Assembly: GCA_945865665.1 (NCBI GenBank)
Contig: CAMBEE010000005.1
Location: 17,186 to 81,185, forward strand
Reading direction: 5' to 3'
From: an uncultured Clostridium sp.
GTDB taxonomy: Bacteria; Bacillota; Clostridia; TANB77; CAG-508
DNA: 64,000 bases
Shown: positions 1 through 9,910 of the stretch, piece by piece
Layout: each line of letters starts with the position of its first letter
Numbering within the stretch: the first letter of the stretch is position 1
Position numbers and translations under genes: made by a program
The notes under the pieces: model-generated
Seen by the model: the letters and a program-made list of their open reading frames with translations, nothing else
The model's database searches: none
Told to the model about the DNA's origin: nothing

Positions 1-290
1 TTTAATTCTATGCTATCTCCTGTTTTACTATTTATGTCTTTTATTATTTCTTGCACTTCTGCTATATTAACATCTGTTCCTGGTAATTCTTCTTTTGTTA
101 ATTGTGCTTTTGTATTTCTTTCTAATATTGCATATTGTACCATTTCTAATTCAGACAATTGCTTTGCTGATACAGTTTCTTTATGCCCTCTTAGTGTTCC
201 TGTTATTGATATTCCTGATATTATTAGTAATAGTACTATTGTTATTACTAGTGCTACTAATGTTATTCCGTTATTTTTTCTTATGTTCAT
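1..290 (-). CDS. prepilin-type (type IV pilin-like) N-terminal domain protein; 5' part only, C-terminus lies beyond window start
   Basis: Minus-strand ATG at 288-290 is not in the ORF track because the frame runs off the window. Translation MNIRKNNGITLVALVITIVLLLIISGISITGTL... stays open to position 1. The leader plus hydrophobic segment after Gly matches the 343-aa protein at 18590-19621. Confidence 0.6.
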   Translation of the reverse strand, partial: MNIRKNNGITLVALVITIVLLLIISGISITGTLRGHKETVSAKQLSELEMVQYAILERNTKAQLTKEELPGTDVNIAEVQEIIKDINSKTGDSIEL

Positions 291-540
291 TTGCTTTTTT
301 GTATGACTATTTATTTTTAAATATTCATACTCTCCTTTCCGTTTTTGTTTTCTGTTATAATATATCATTTTTTTTTCAAAATTACAATAATAAGCCATAC
401 AATTTTCAATATTGTATGACAAACACAAATTTAATATTTAAAAGATTTTTGTAACAAATTTTCTCCTAATGCTTTATTTTTCCAACATTTTATAGTATAA
501 TATAAATGTAGATAAAAAAATTCATAAAGGAGAAATTATT

Positions 541-981
541 ATGTGGAAATTATGGTTAATAATTGCAGGACTATTTTTTATAGGAGAAATAGCAACAGTT
601 GGATTTTTAATATTCTGGTTTGGAATAGGAGCACTAATTGCAATGATAGTTAGCCTGTTTACAACAAACATAATAATTCAAACTACAGTTTTTTTAATAT
701 CTTCAACAATTTTAATTTTTGCAACCAAACCTTTTGTAAAAAAATTTGCTGATGTCAAAAAAACAAATACAAATGTATATTCAATAATTGGTAAAAAAGC
801 TTTAGTAATAAAAACTATTGACCCTATTCATTCAGTTGGTCAAATAAAATTAAATGGTGAAGTTTGGACTGCTGAAAGTGAAAACAATGAAATTATTGAA
901 GAAGGTTTAGAAGTTGAAGTTCTAGAAATAAAAGGCGTTAAAGCAATTGTAAAACCTGTTAAGGTTGAAAATAAAATATAG
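541..981 (+). CDS. NfeD-family membrane protein (short form, two TM helices plus C-terminal beta-barrel)
   Basis: 146-aa ORF with two N-terminal TM helices and a C-terminal soluble domain. It directly precedes an SPFH-domain gene, the classic NfeD-SPFH operon arrangement. Confidence 0.65.
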   Translation: MWKLWLIIAGLFFIGEIATVGFLIFWFGIGALIAMIVSLFTTNIIIQTTVFLISSTILIFATKPFVKKFADVKKTNTNVYSIIGKKALVIKTIDPIHSVGQIKLNGEVWTAESENNEIIEEGLEVEVLEIKGVKAIVKPVKVENKI

Positions 982-1101
982 TTTTTAATATTACTTTTTA
1001 AGTATTAATATATATAATAAAAAAACTACGATAAACAAAATAATTCAGCAAAACATCCAAAATACTGAATTATAATAAGCGTAGTGAAAGGAGTTTTTAA
1101 T

Positions 1102-2007
1102 ATGGGATTTTTAATAGTATTATTAGTTATAATTTTGGTTATAGCATTCAAATCAATTAAAATCGTTAAACAAGCTGAGGTTTATGTAATTGAAAGATTG
1201 GGCAAATTCTACAAAGTTGCAGATGCTGGTCTTACAATTATAATTCCATTTTTTGACCATGTAAGAAGCGTAGTTAGCTTAAAACAACAAACAATGGATG
1301 TTCCACCTCAAGGAGTTATTACAAAAGATAATGTAACAATTACAATAGACACTGTTGTTTTCTATCAAATAACAGATCCTGCAAAAGCAGTTTATGAAAT
1401 TCAAAGTTTGAAAAAAGGTATTGAATACCTAGCAATTACAACAATTCGTGATATCATTGGTAAAATGGACTTAGACGAAACATTTAGTTCAAGAGACGGT
1501 ATTAATAATCAATTAAGAGTTGTTCTTGACGAAGCTACTGATAGATGGGGATGTAAAATTGATAGAGTTGAAATCAAAGATATTACACCACCTGCTGATA
1601 TCAGAGATGCAATGGAAAAAGAAATGAACGCAGAAAGAAATAAAAGAGCTTTAATTCTTGAATCTGAAGCTCAAAGACAATCTGCTGTAACAATTGCTGA
1701 AGGTAAAAAACAAGCAGCTATTCTAGAAGCTGAAGCTGATAAAGAAGCTAGAATTACCAGAGCAGCCGGTGAAGCACAAGCTATAAAAGAAGTTGCTGAA
1801 GCTAAAGCTAAAGAAATCCAAATGGTTTATGAAGCTATTAAGAAATCAGACCCTGATGAAAAATTAGTTCAATTAAAATCACTTGAAGCTTTAGAGAAAG
1901 TTGCTGATGGAGAAGCTAACAAAGTATTTATTCCTTTTGAAGCAACTAGTGCACTTTCAAGTTTAGGTGCAATTAAAGAAGTTATAAAAGATGAAAAGAA
2001 AAAATAA
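1102..2007 (+). CDS. SPFH/band-7 domain protein (stomatin/prohibitin/FloA-like)
   Basis: Single N-terminal TM helix, SPFH core (QAEVYVIERLGKF...), Ala/Glu/Lys-rich coiled-coil C-terminus. RBS AAAGGAG lies inside the track ORF, so the start is more likely the ATG at 1102 than the GTG at 1084. Confidence 0.8.
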   Translation: MGFLIVLLVIILVIAFKSIKIVKQAEVYVIERLGKFYKVADAGLTIIIPFFDHVRSVVSLKQQTMDVPPQGVITKDNVTITIDTVVFYQITDPAKAVYEIQSLKKGIEYLAITTIRDIIGKMDLDETFSSRDGINNQLRVVLDEATDRWGCKIDRVEIKDITPPADIRDAMEKEMNAERNKRALILESEAQRQSAVTIAEGKKQAAILEAEADKEARITRAAGEAQAIKEVAEAKAKEIQMVYEAIKKSDPDEKLVQLKSLEALEKVADGEANKVFIPFEATSALSSLGAIKEVIKDEKKK

Positions 2008-2011
2008 AAAA

Positions 2012-2049
2012 CGGGATTATGGGACGGGTCTCCAATCCCCTTTTTTTTT
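2012..2049. terminator. Family-1 palindromic repeat (CGGGATT..GGGACGGGTCTCC..AATCCCC) plus T-run; bidirectional terminator between the SPFH gene and argS
   Basis: GC-rich hairpin followed by T9; the same unit recurs at 2105, 22084, 58724, 58766 and 60407. Confidence 0.7.
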
Positions 2050-2104
2050 AGAACATATATGAAAATTTCCAATTATCGTTCCCAACTTCACCTAAATTAA
2101 AAAT

Positions 2105-2135
2105 TAGGGATTGGAGACCCGTCCCCTAATCCCTA
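2105..2135. repeat. Family-1 palindromic repeat, inverted copy
   Basis: TAGGGATTGGAGACCCGTCCCCTAATCCCTA, reverse complement of the 2012 copy with one difference. Confidence 0.7.
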
Positions 2136-2139
2136 ATTT

Positions 2140-3888
2140 TTACATTTTTTCTGGCATTTCTATTCCCAACAAATTAGCCCCTTGTTTCAAAACTTCTGAT
2201 GTTGCATATGTTAAATATACACGAGCATTTTGAACATCTTTATCTTCAACAATAATTTTATTTTCATTATAAAAACTACTATAAGCTTTTGCCAAATCAA
2301 TTAAATATCTTGCAAGAATAGATGGTTCATTTTTATCTGTTACTTGAACCAATACATCTTCAAAATTATAAATCAATTTTAAAATCGCCATTGAATAATC
2401 ATCTGATAAATTTTCTGTTTTTACATCTTCGATTTTTGGTAAATATCCTGCTTTTTCTAATACACTTTTTGTTCTAACATATGTGTATTGAATATATGGG
2501 CCTGTTTCACCTTGGAAATTTAAAATTGTATTCCAGTCAAATACTTCATCTTTTATTCTTGATGCTGACATATCATTAAATATAACTGCACCTATTCCAA
2601 CTTTTTTAGCAACTTCTTCTTTATTTTCTAAGTCCGGATTTTTTTGTTCTATTATTTCTTTTGCTCTAGAAATTGCTTCATTCAACAATTCTTCAAGTTT
2701 GATAGTATTTCCTTCTCTTGTTGACATTTTTCCTTCTGGTAATAATACCATTCCAAATGATACATGCTCTAGTCCGTCTGTATATTTTTCATCTAATCCT
2801 AAAAGTTTTGCTACTTCAAATACTTGTTTAAAGTGCAATACTTGTTCATATGATGTTACATACAATGCTTTATCAAAGTCATACGTTCTAGCTCTATATA
2901 GTATTGCTGCTAAATCTCTTGTTGCATATGTTGTAGAACCATTTGATTTTTCTATTATACATGGTGTATTTATTCCTTTATCTTCTAGGTCTATTATTTT
3001 TGCCCCTTGTGATTCTACTAGTTTACCTGTTTTTTGTAATATATCTATTACTTCTGGCATTTTATCTGAGTAGAATGATTCTCCATTCCAAGAATCAAAT
3101 TTGCTTCCAAGTAAATCATATACTTTTTGGAATTCTTGTAAACTCAGTTCTCTAAATTTTTTCCAAATTTCTACACAATATGGGTCTCCATCTTCTAATT
3201 TCTTGAAGTTGTTTCTACAATTTTCTAATATTTGTTCATCATTCTTGCATGCTTCATTTATTCTTATATAAATTTTTGTTAATTCATTTATTGGATCTTT
3301 TTCAATGTCATATTCTTCTCCCCACATTTTGTATCCTTCTATTAGTTTTCCGAATTGTGTTCCATAATCTCCTAAATGATTGACTCCTGTTACATTATAT
3401 CCCAAATATTTGTATATATTATATAATGCTCCACCTATTACTGTTGAACGTAAGTGACCAATGTGAAATGGTTTTGCAATGTTTGGTGCTGAATAATCTA
3501 TTACTATATTCTTTTCTTTTCCTATTTCTGATTTTCCATATTGTTCTGTTTTTGATATTTCTTCTAATACTTCTTTTGCAAGAGTTTCTTTGTTTATAAA
3601 GAAGTTTAAGTATCCTCCTGCTACTTCTATTTTTTCTATTTCTTCTACTGTTTCTATTTTTTCTTTTATTTCATTTGCGATTGCTGGTGGTGCTTTTCTT
3701 AATTCTTTTGCTAATCTGAAACATGGAAACGCATAATCTCCATTTTTACTGTCTTTTGGAGTTTCAATGTAACTCTCTAATTCTTTCTCATTTATTTCTA
3801 TTGTTTTTGATATTTGTTTTGCTATTATTTTCTTAAAATTCCTCAATTTATTCATTCCTTTCTTAGGACATTTTTCCAAAATCCACAT
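2140..3888 (-). CDS. argS: arginine--tRNA ligase
   Basis: HIGH motif (PFHIGHLRS), typical ArgS length and C-terminal anticodon-binding region. An alternative start at 3855 (MNKLRNF) is possible. A TTGACT-17-TATAAT promoter lies upstream and no T-box was seen. Confidence 0.9.
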   Translation of the reverse strand: MWILEKCPKKGMNKLRNFKKIIAKQISKTIEINEKELESYIETPKDSKNGDYAFPCFRLAKELRKAPPAIANEIKEKIETVEEIEKIEVAGGYLNFFINKETLAKEVLEEISKTEQYGKSEIGKEKNIVIDYSAPNIAKPFHIGHLRSTVIGGALYNIYKYLGYNVTGVNHLGDYGTQFGKLIEGYKMWGEEYDIEKDPINELTKIYIRINEACKNDEQILENCRNNFKKLEDGDPYCVEIWKKFRELSLQEFQKVYDLLGSKFDSWNGESFYSDKMPEVIDILQKTGKLVESQGAKIIDLEDKGINTPCIIEKSNGSTTYATRDLAAILYRARTYDFDKALYVTSYEQVLHFKQVFEVAKLLGLDEKYTDGLEHVSFGMVLLPEGKMSTREGNTIKLEELLNEAISRAKEIIEQKNPDLENKEEVAKKVGIGAVIFNDMSASRIKDEVFDWNTILNFQGETGPYIQYTYVRTKSVLEKAGYLPKIEDVKTENLSDDYSMAILKLIYNFEDVLVQVTDKNEPSILARYLIDLAKAYSSFYNENKIIVEDKDVQNARVYLTYATSEVLKQGANLLGIEMPEKM

Positions 3889-3989
3889 AAATATTATAAT
3901 TTATAATATGAAAAAAGTCAAATTTTTCAATCTCAGAATAGTGTAAAATTGTTTCGGAATATAAAAAAAGAGTATTTTGTATAATACAA

Positions 3990-4022
3990 AAATAAGATGC
4001 TTTCTTTGGCATCTTATTTTTT
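3990..4022. terminator. rho-independent terminator after clpX
   Basis: AAGATGC-loop-GCATCTT hairpin flanked by A- and T-runs. Confidence 0.6.
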
Positions 4023-4061
4023 AAAGGGCTACTTGTTATTACTGTATGCTTTTGTTCTCTA

Positions 4062-5378
4062 TTAAGCAGTCTCTTTGCTATTTTGTGGAATATGTCTATC
4101 CTTTTTATTTTTAGGCTGTTCCTCTGTTTCTTTTCTTATAATAAGTTCAGGTGCTTTCTTTTCTAAAACTGTCTCTTTAGTTATTATACATTTTTCAATA
4201 TCTGGCGTTGATGGAACATCAAACATAATATCTCTCATTATTTCTTCGATAATTGAACGTAAGCCTCTAGCTCCTGTTTTTCTTTCAATTGCTTTATCAA
4301 CTATTGCTTCTAATGCGTCTTGTCTGAATTCTAGTTCAACATCATCCATTTCCAATAATTTTTGATATTGTTTTACCAATGCATTTTTTGGCTCTGTTGC
4401 TATTTTTATTAAGGCATCTTTATCCAAGTCTTTTAGTGTTGCAATAATTGGTAATCTTCCTATAAATTCTGGAATTAAACCATATTTCAATAAATCTTCT
4501 GGTAGCATTTCTTGGAATACTTCATATTTATTGATTTCTTTTGAACTTTCAATTTTTGTTCCAAATCCTATACTCTTTTTACCTGTTCTATCCTTAATGA
4601 TATTTTCTAGTCCTTCAAAAGCTCCTCCACAAATAAATAAGATATTTTCTGTATTTATTTGTATCATTTCTTGATTTGGATGTTTTCTTCCTCCTTGAGG
4701 TGGCACTGATGCAATCGTGCCTTCAACAATTTTTAATAATGCTTGTTGTACACCTTCACCACTAACATCTCTTGTAATTGATAAATTTTCTGATTTTCTT
4801 GTTATTTTATCAATTTCATCTATATAAACTATACCTTTTTCTGCCTTTTGGATGTCTCCATCTGCTGCTTGAATAAGTTTTAATAAGATATTTTCAACAT
4901 CTTCTCCAACATATCCAGCTTCTGTAAGGGTTGTTGCATCAGCTATTGCAAATGGTACATTTAATATTTTCGCAAGTGTTCTAGCAAGTAATGTTTTTCC
5001 ACATCCTGTTGGTCCTAAAAGCAAGATGTTGCTTTTTTGTATTTCTACATCATCTTTTTTCTCACTTTCTTCGTGAGCTATTCTTTTATAATGATTATAA
5101 ACTGCTACTGATAAAGTTTTCTTTGCTTCCTCTTGACCAATTACATAGTCATCTAAAATTTTCTTTATTTCTTTTGGACTAGGTATTTTATCTAATTCAT
5201 TTAATGTGTATCCTACTTCTTCATCTTCATAGCATTCTGCTTCAATTATGCTTGTGCACAAGTCTACACATTCGTCGCAAATATATACACCTGGTCCTGC
5301 AACTATTTTTCTTACACTATCTTGTGATTTGCCACAAAATGAACATCTTACATTTTTTGGTACATCATTTCTAGCCAT
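4062..5378 (-). CDS. clpX: ATP-dependent Clp protease ATP-binding subunit ClpX
   Basis: N-terminal zinc ribbon (CSFCGK...CDEC), Walker [12 protein letters not shown]-loop region, C-terminal conservation. Confidence 0.95.
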   Translation of the reverse strand: MARNDVPKNVRCSFCGKSQDSVRKIVAGPGVYICDECVDLCTSIIEAECYEDEEVGYTLNELDKIPSPKEIKKILDDYVIGQEEAKKTLSVAVYNHYKRIAHEESEKKDDVEIQKSNILLLGPTGCGKTLLARTLAKILNVPFAIADATTLTEAGYVGEDVENILLKLIQAADGDIQKAEKGIVYIDEIDKITRKSENLSITRDVSGEGVQQALLKIVEGTIASVPPQGGRKHPNQEMIQINTENILFICGGAFEGLENIIKDRTGKKSIGFGTKIESSKEINKYEVFQEMLPEDLLKYGLIPEFIGRLPIIATLKDLDKDALIKIATEPKNALVKQYQKLLEMDDVELEFRQDALEAIVDKAIERKTGARGLRSIIEEIMRDIMFDVPSTPDIEKCIITKETVLEKKAPELIIRKETEEQPKNKKDRHIPQNSKETA

Positions 5379-5465
5379 AATTTTCCTCCATTTTTATCTT
5401 TTATCAAATTTGAACAATGCACTACCATCTAACATTTCCAAATGGTAATGCTCTGAATTTCAAAT

Positions 5466-6077
5466 TTACATTCTTTTATCCATAATACCGTCAATTAAGC
5501 CATATTCTAAAGCTTCTTGTGCGGACATGTAGTGGTCCCTTTCAGTATCTTTTTCAATTTGTTCAATTGGTTGCCCTGTTTTTTCACTTAATAATTTATT
5601 TAATTTTTCTCTTGTTCTTATCATGTGGTCTGCATGAATCTTAATTTCAGTTGCTTGACCTGAAATTCCTCCACCTTGGCCACCTATTAATGGTTGATGT
5701 ATTAATATTTCAGAGTTTGGTGTTGCAAATCTTTTACCTTTTTCTCCATTTGCTAAAAGAACTGCTCCAAAGCTTGCTGCCAAACCTACACATATTGTTG
5801 TTACTGGGCATTTAATGTAATTCATTGTATCTACAATTCCCATACCATCTGTTATTGATCCTCCTGGTGAGTTTATATAAAGAAAAATTTCTTTATCTGG
5901 ATCTTCAGATTCTAAGAATAACAATTGTGCTATTACTAGACTTGCTGATGTAGGGTTTACATCTTCTCCTAAAAATATAATTCTGTCTTTTAATAATCTT
6001 GAGAATATATCGTATGATCTTTCTCCTTTACTTGTTTGTTCAACTACATAAGGTACTAAACTATCTTTTTCAAACAT
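5466..6077 (-). CDS. clpP: ATP-dependent Clp protease proteolytic subunit ClpP
   Basis: 203 aa; [16 protein letters not shown], active-site region GLAASFG. Confidence 0.95.
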   Translation of the reverse strand: MFEKDSLVPYVVEQTSKGERSYDIFSRLLKDRIIFLGEDVNPTSASLVIAQLLFLESEDPDKEIFLYINSPGGSITDGMGIVDTMNYIKCPVTTICVGLAASFGAVLLANGEKGKRFATPNSEILIHQPLIGGQGGGISGQATEIKIHADHMIRTREKLNKLLSEKTGQPIEQIEKDTERDHYMSAQEALEYGLIDGIMDKRM

Positions 6078-6094
6078 ATTTTTTCCTCCTCTTT

Positions 6095-6222
6095 TCGACC
6101 AATGGGGACGTTGTTAAATTGGTTAAATATATTAATTATATTTAACATCATTTTATATTTATTGTATCAACCAATTTAAGAACGTCCCCGTTGGTTGATT
6201 TAACAACGTCCCTATTGGTCGA
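6095..6222. repeat. Family-3 composite hairpin repeat (ACCAATGGGGACGTTGTTAAATTGGTT modules in inverted orientation)
   Basis: Nested inverted copies of a 27-nt hairpin module in the clpP-tig spacer; the same module forms the 33-bp terminal repeats at 59781-60010. Confidence 0.7.
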
Positions 6223-6280
6223 AATTACAAAAAGTTGGCATGAAAATACTTATTTTTTCACCCCAACCTTTCATTATATA

Positions 6281-7567
6281 TTATTTCATTTTTGCATTTT
6301 TAACTAAAAATTCTAAAGCTTTTTCAGATTCTAATCCACTCTTTATGTATTTTCTAACATTTTCATTTTCCATAAATTCTTTATCATCTGATTTTCCATA
6401 GTTTTTAGCCATTTCTTTCATTTTTTCAACTATTTCGTCTTCTGTTGCTTCAATTTTTTCTGCTTTTATAACTGCTTCTAACATTAATCTTGATTTTATA
6501 GCTTCTATTGCTTGAGGTTCATATTCTTTTTTTACTTCTTCAGCTGTTTTACCCATCATTTGAAGATATTGTTCAAGTTTTAATCCTTGGTAAGAAAGTC
6601 TTGTTTCAATATTTCTTAACATATCTTCTGTTTCTGTTTCTATCATTCCAGATGGAATATCAACTTTTACATTTTCGCATACTGCTTTTATAACAGCATC
6701 TTCTGTTTCATATTTTTGTTTTTGTTCATTATCTTTTTCTAATCTGTCTTTGATGCTTTTCTTTAATTCTTCTAATGTGTCAAATTCACTAACATCTTTT
6801 GCGAATTCGTCATCTAATTCTGGTAATTCTTTCTTTTTGATTTCATGAACTTTTACTTTAAATGTTGCATCTTTTCCAGCTAAGTCTTTTGAGAAGTATT
6901 CTTCTGGGAATTTAACATTTATATCTCTTTCTTCATCGATTTTCATTCCAATTATTTGGTCTTCAAATCCAGGAATAAATGTGTTGCTTCCTATTTCTAA
7001 TTCGTGGCCTTCAGCTTTTCCACCTTCGAATGCTACTCCATCTACAAATCCTTCAAAATCAATTACTGCTATATCACCTTTTTCTACTGGTCTATCTTCA
7101 ATTGATATTAATCTTGAATTGTGTTCTTGCATATGTCCTAATTCATGGTTTATATCTTCATCTGATACAGTATACTCTATTTTTGGTATTTCTATACCTT
7201 TATATTTTCCAAGTTCTGCTTCTGGTTTTGTTTGGAATACTGCTGTAAATATTAAGTCTTTTCCTTTTTCTATTTGTTTTACATCAATATCTGGTCTACT
7301 AACTGCTTCAATATTGTTTTCTTTTAATGCTTCTTCTAATTCAGCTGGTACTACTTCATTGAATGCATCTTCATAGAAGATTTCTTTTCCATAATATTTT
7401 TCTACTATATTCATAGGAGCTTTACCTTTTCTGAATCCTGGTATATTAAAGTATTTTGCACTTTGGAAATATACTTTTTTTATTGCTTCTTCAAATTTTT
7501 GAGCTTCTATTGTTAACTCTAATTTTACTTCATTTGCGTTTTCTGTTTTTTCAACTTTACATTTCAT
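6281..7567 (-). CDS. tig: trigger factor
   Basis: 428 aa, N-terminal ribosome-binding GFRKGK motif, central PPIase region, acidic C-terminus; tig-clpP-clpX order. Confidence 0.95.
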   Translation of the reverse strand: MKCKVEKTENANEVKLELTIEAQKFEEAIKKVYFQSAKYFNIPGFRKGKAPMNIVEKYYGKEIFYEDAFNEVVPAELEEALKENNIEAVSRPDIDVKQIEKGKDLIFTAVFQTKPEAELGKYKGIEIPKIEYTVSDEDINHELGHMQEHNSRLISIEDRPVEKGDIAVIDFEGFVDGVAFEGGKAEGHELEIGSNTFIPGFEDQIIGMKIDEERDINVKFPEEYFSKDLAGKDATFKVKVHEIKKKELPELDDEFAKDVSEFDTLEELKKSIKDRLEKDNEQKQKYETEDAVIKAVCENVKVDIPSGMIETETEDMLRNIETRLSYQGLKLEQYLQMMGKTAEEVKKEYEPQAIEAIKSRLMLEAVIKAEKIEATEDEIVEKMKEMAKNYGKSDDKEFMENENVRKYIKSGLESEKALEFLVKNAKMK

Positions 7568-7807
7568 TGTTTATTCAATCCTTTCTTTTTGTTATTATAA
7601 ATTTATTTTTTAATTTATAATTCTATTTTTGTTGTTGCCTTTTTTGAAATGTTTATTACATCCACTCAATAGCTTTATTATTATACCATATTTTTGGCAA
7701 TTTGCAAGTTTTTTTTGATAATTTTAATAAAATACTTGTTTTTTTTATTTTTTTATGATAAACTTATTGTCAGTCAATTAATAAAAAATTTAGGAGGTGC
7801 AAAGATA

Positions 7808-8008
7808 ATGGCTAAATGTGCAGTTTGTGGTAAATCACAAAGTAATGGAAATAAGCTTAGCATAACTCGTTCACATATAAGTAAAAGAAGTCCAAGAACT
7901 TGGAAACCAAATTTAAGAAGTGTTAAAGCTATAATGGAAAACGGTGAAACAAAAAGAGTTCATGTTTGCACAAAATGTTTAAAAGATGGAAAAATTAAAA
8001 GAGCATAA
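7808..8008 (+). CDS. rpmB: 50S ribosomal protein L28
   Basis: MAKCAVCGKSQSNGNKLSITRSHISKRSPRTWKPNL...VCTKCLK; RBS AGGAGGTG 8 nt upstream of the ATG at 7808. The track ORF starting at 7694 is over-extended. Confidence 0.9.
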   Translation: MAKCAVCGKSQSNGNKLSITRSHISKRSPRTWKPNLRSVKAIMENGETKRVHVCTKCLKDGKIKRA

Positions 8009-8041
8009 TCGAACAGCTCTTTTTTTGTTATTCTATATACT

Positions 8042-8070
8042 AAAAAAGACCGCAATAGCGGTCTTTTTTT
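8042..8070. terminator. bidirectional rho-independent terminator
   Basis: AAAAAAGACCGC-AATA-GCGGTCTTTTTTT. Confidence 0.65.
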
Positions 8071-8074
8071 AATG

Positions 8075-8425
8075 TTATTCCAATAATATCTTTATGTTTT
8101 CTCCGTTTCTAAATGCACGTAGAACTTCCAGGCTTAAATATCCAGAGAACCTTTGGATTAAATCTTTAACAGAAATATCTTCTTTTAAAATAATCATACC
8201 ATCTTTTTCTATAAATAAAAACATATCTGAATATTCATAAAAAAAAGCATAGGTTTTATCTCTCGATAATAATAATGTTGAGCTAATTCCATTGTTATTT
8301 AATTCACTAACAATATTATTGCCAAAACATTCTATTTTTTTTATTGACAATTCCCGTTTTCCTGTTCTTTCTAAGTAGCTCACAAATGCATTTCCTACTA
8401 AGTCATCAATTCCAATATAAATCAT
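8075..8425 (-). CDS. hypothetical protein (116 aa, soluble)
   Basis: Uninterrupted ORF with no recognisable motif. Confidence 0.45.
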   Translation of the reverse strand: MIYIGIDDLVGNAFVSYLERTGKRELSIKKIECFGNNIVSELNNNGISSTLLLSRDKTYAFFYEYSDMFLFIEKDGMIILKEDISVKDLIQRFSGYLSLEVLRAFRNGENIKILLE

Positions 8426-8608
8426 ATAACATCTCTCCTTCTCTTTTTAACTTGTTGAATTAATGCTTTTATATTAAGCCTCCTTATGTTGATTTATTAG
8501 GAGATAATCAATATTTAATACTTTTATATTAACATATATTCTTTAGATTTTCAACCATTTTTTATATTTTAAAATTAAAAAATGGAGATAGTTATACATC
8601 CCCATTTT

Positions 8609-8683
8609 CTAATCTTTAATTCCAAAAATAAATTTCACAAATCCACGTAAACATTTTGGAACCTTTTTTACAACTATAGTCAT
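8609..8683 (-). CDS. small ORF, 24-aa cationic amphipathic peptide (MTIVVKKVPKCLRGFVKFIFGIKD)
   Basis: RBS GGAGGGAG 5 nt upstream of ATG; not in the track (under 60 aa). Confidence 0.25.
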   Translation of the reverse strand: MTIVVKKVPKCLRGFVKFIFGIKD

Positions 8684-8702
8684 ATGTAACTCCCTCCTTT
8701 AT

Positions 8703-8852
8703 TTAACAAGCAAGCCACATCAAGCCAACACAAGCAAGTGCAACTCCTATTATAAATAGCCAACCTGTAAACGGAAGTAATAATACTAGTAAAATACCAA
8801 GTCCAACTCCTATTAATATAACACCTATAGTTTTCTTTAACGCACAAAACAT
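8703..8852 (-). CDS. small ORF, 49-aa two-TM membrane peptide
   Basis: RBS GGAGG 7 nt upstream of ATG; MFCALKKTIGVILIGVGLGILLVLLLPFTGWLFIIGVALACVGLMWLAC. Local GC is higher than surroundings. A sigma-A-like promoter lies upstream. Confidence 0.35.
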   Translation of the reverse strand: MFCALKKTIGVILIGVGLGILLVLLLPFTGWLFIIGVALACVGLMWLAC

Positions 8853-9142
8853 ATTATTACCTCCTTGTTTTTATATATTATATTAATTTTTAAATTTTAT
8901 TGTTCCTTTTTATGTATATCAAACTACAAATGTTTATCTCTCTATATATTCTTTTTTTCTAAATATTTAACATATTAATGAAGCTTAATAACCATTAAAA
9001 ATAAGCTTTTCATAAAATACTACAAGATTGCAATATTTTACTAAAAATCTCTTATATTTGTTGATTTATTACTATTTTAACATTATAATTATATTATAAT
9101 GTAATTAAAAAGATATTTATCTATCTTTGAAAGGATAAAAAT

Positions 9143-9790
9143 ATGAAAAAATCAGATGCTATAAAATTTGTTGAAATATTAAAAGAAACATATCCTAATG
9201 CTACCTGTAGCTTAGACTTTAAAACACCTTTTCAAATGGTCGTGGCTGTAATGCTTTCCGCTCAATGTACTGATGAAAGAGTAAATAAGACTACTCCTGC
9301 TCTTTTTGAAAGATGCAAAACTGTTCAAGATTTTGCTGATATAGATATAAATGAATTAGAAAAAATCATTCACCCTTGTGGTTTTTATAAAAATAAAGCC
9401 AAAAACATTAAGTTGTGTGCAAAACAGGTTTTAGAAAATTTTGGCGGTGATGTTCCTAATAATATGGAAGATTTGCAAAGCTTGGCTGGTGTTGGTAGAA
9501 AATCTGCTAATGTTGTTATGCTTGAGGCTTTTAATAGTCCACAAGGTATTGCAGTTGATACTCATGCCAAAAGAGTTTCTAATTTAGTTGGTCTTTCCAA
9601 CGAGTCTGACCCAGTTAAAATTGAACAAGATTTACTTAAAATTTTTCCAAAGGAGTATTTGAAGGATATTAATCATTTATTTGTTTGGCATGGAAGAAAT
9701 ACCTGTGTTGCTAGAAAGCCAAAGTGTGATTCTTGTAGTGTAAAAAACTTTTGTAAGTACTATAAAAAGAGTAATGGTATAAAAATATAA
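9143..9790 (+). CDS. nth: endonuclease III (DNA glycosylase/AP lyase)
   Basis: HhH-GPD fold motifs, C-terminal 4Fe-4S cluster CX6CX2CX5C (CVARKPKCDSCSVKNFC). Confidence 0.9.
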   Translation: MKKSDAIKFVEILKETYPNATCSLDFKTPFQMVVAVMLSAQCTDERVNKTTPALFERCKTVQDFADIDINELEKIIHPCGFYKNKAKNIKLCAKQVLENFGGDVPNNMEDLQSLAGVGRKSANVVMLEAFNSPQGIAVDTHAKRVSNLVGLSNESDPVKIEQDLLKIFPKEYLKDINHLFVWHGRNTCVARKPKCDSCSVKNFCKYYKKSNGIKI

Positions 9791-9910
9791 AAAAACAAAC
9801 CGTCGTGGGGACCGTCAAAAAGAGTCGAAAAATTTATTTTTCGTTACTCTTTTTAGATGGGAGAGGTTTGAATTTTTTATACCATTACTCTTTTTTATGA
9901 TTTTAAAGAA

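Noticed and set aside
10-306. Plus-strand 98-aa ORF at the window start
   Set aside because: The opposite strand encodes a coherent pilin-like N-terminus with a start at 288-290 that matches the 18590-19621 protein; the plus ORF is its antisense shadow.
95-454. Numerous plus-strand track ORFs (95-454, 2699-3073, 2943-3155, 4075-4365, 6979-7376, 12426-12750, 20019-20261, 23404-24586, 46098-46770, 48035-48631, 53201-53722, 55586-55936, 57200-57595, 61185-62459 and others) translating to Leu/Phe/Ile-rich low-complexity strings
   Set aside because: They lie antisense to well-supported minus-strand genes in AT-rich DNA, where stop-free antisense frames arise by chance. They have no RBS and no motifs.
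3889-3990. T-box leaders upstream of argS and cysS
   Set aside because: I looked for AGGGTGGNACCGCG-type boxes on the transcribed strand upstream of both genes and found none. Only about 100 nt of 5' region is available in each case, holding a simple promoter (argS) or the 46-bp hairpin (cysS). A T-box was found only for pheS.
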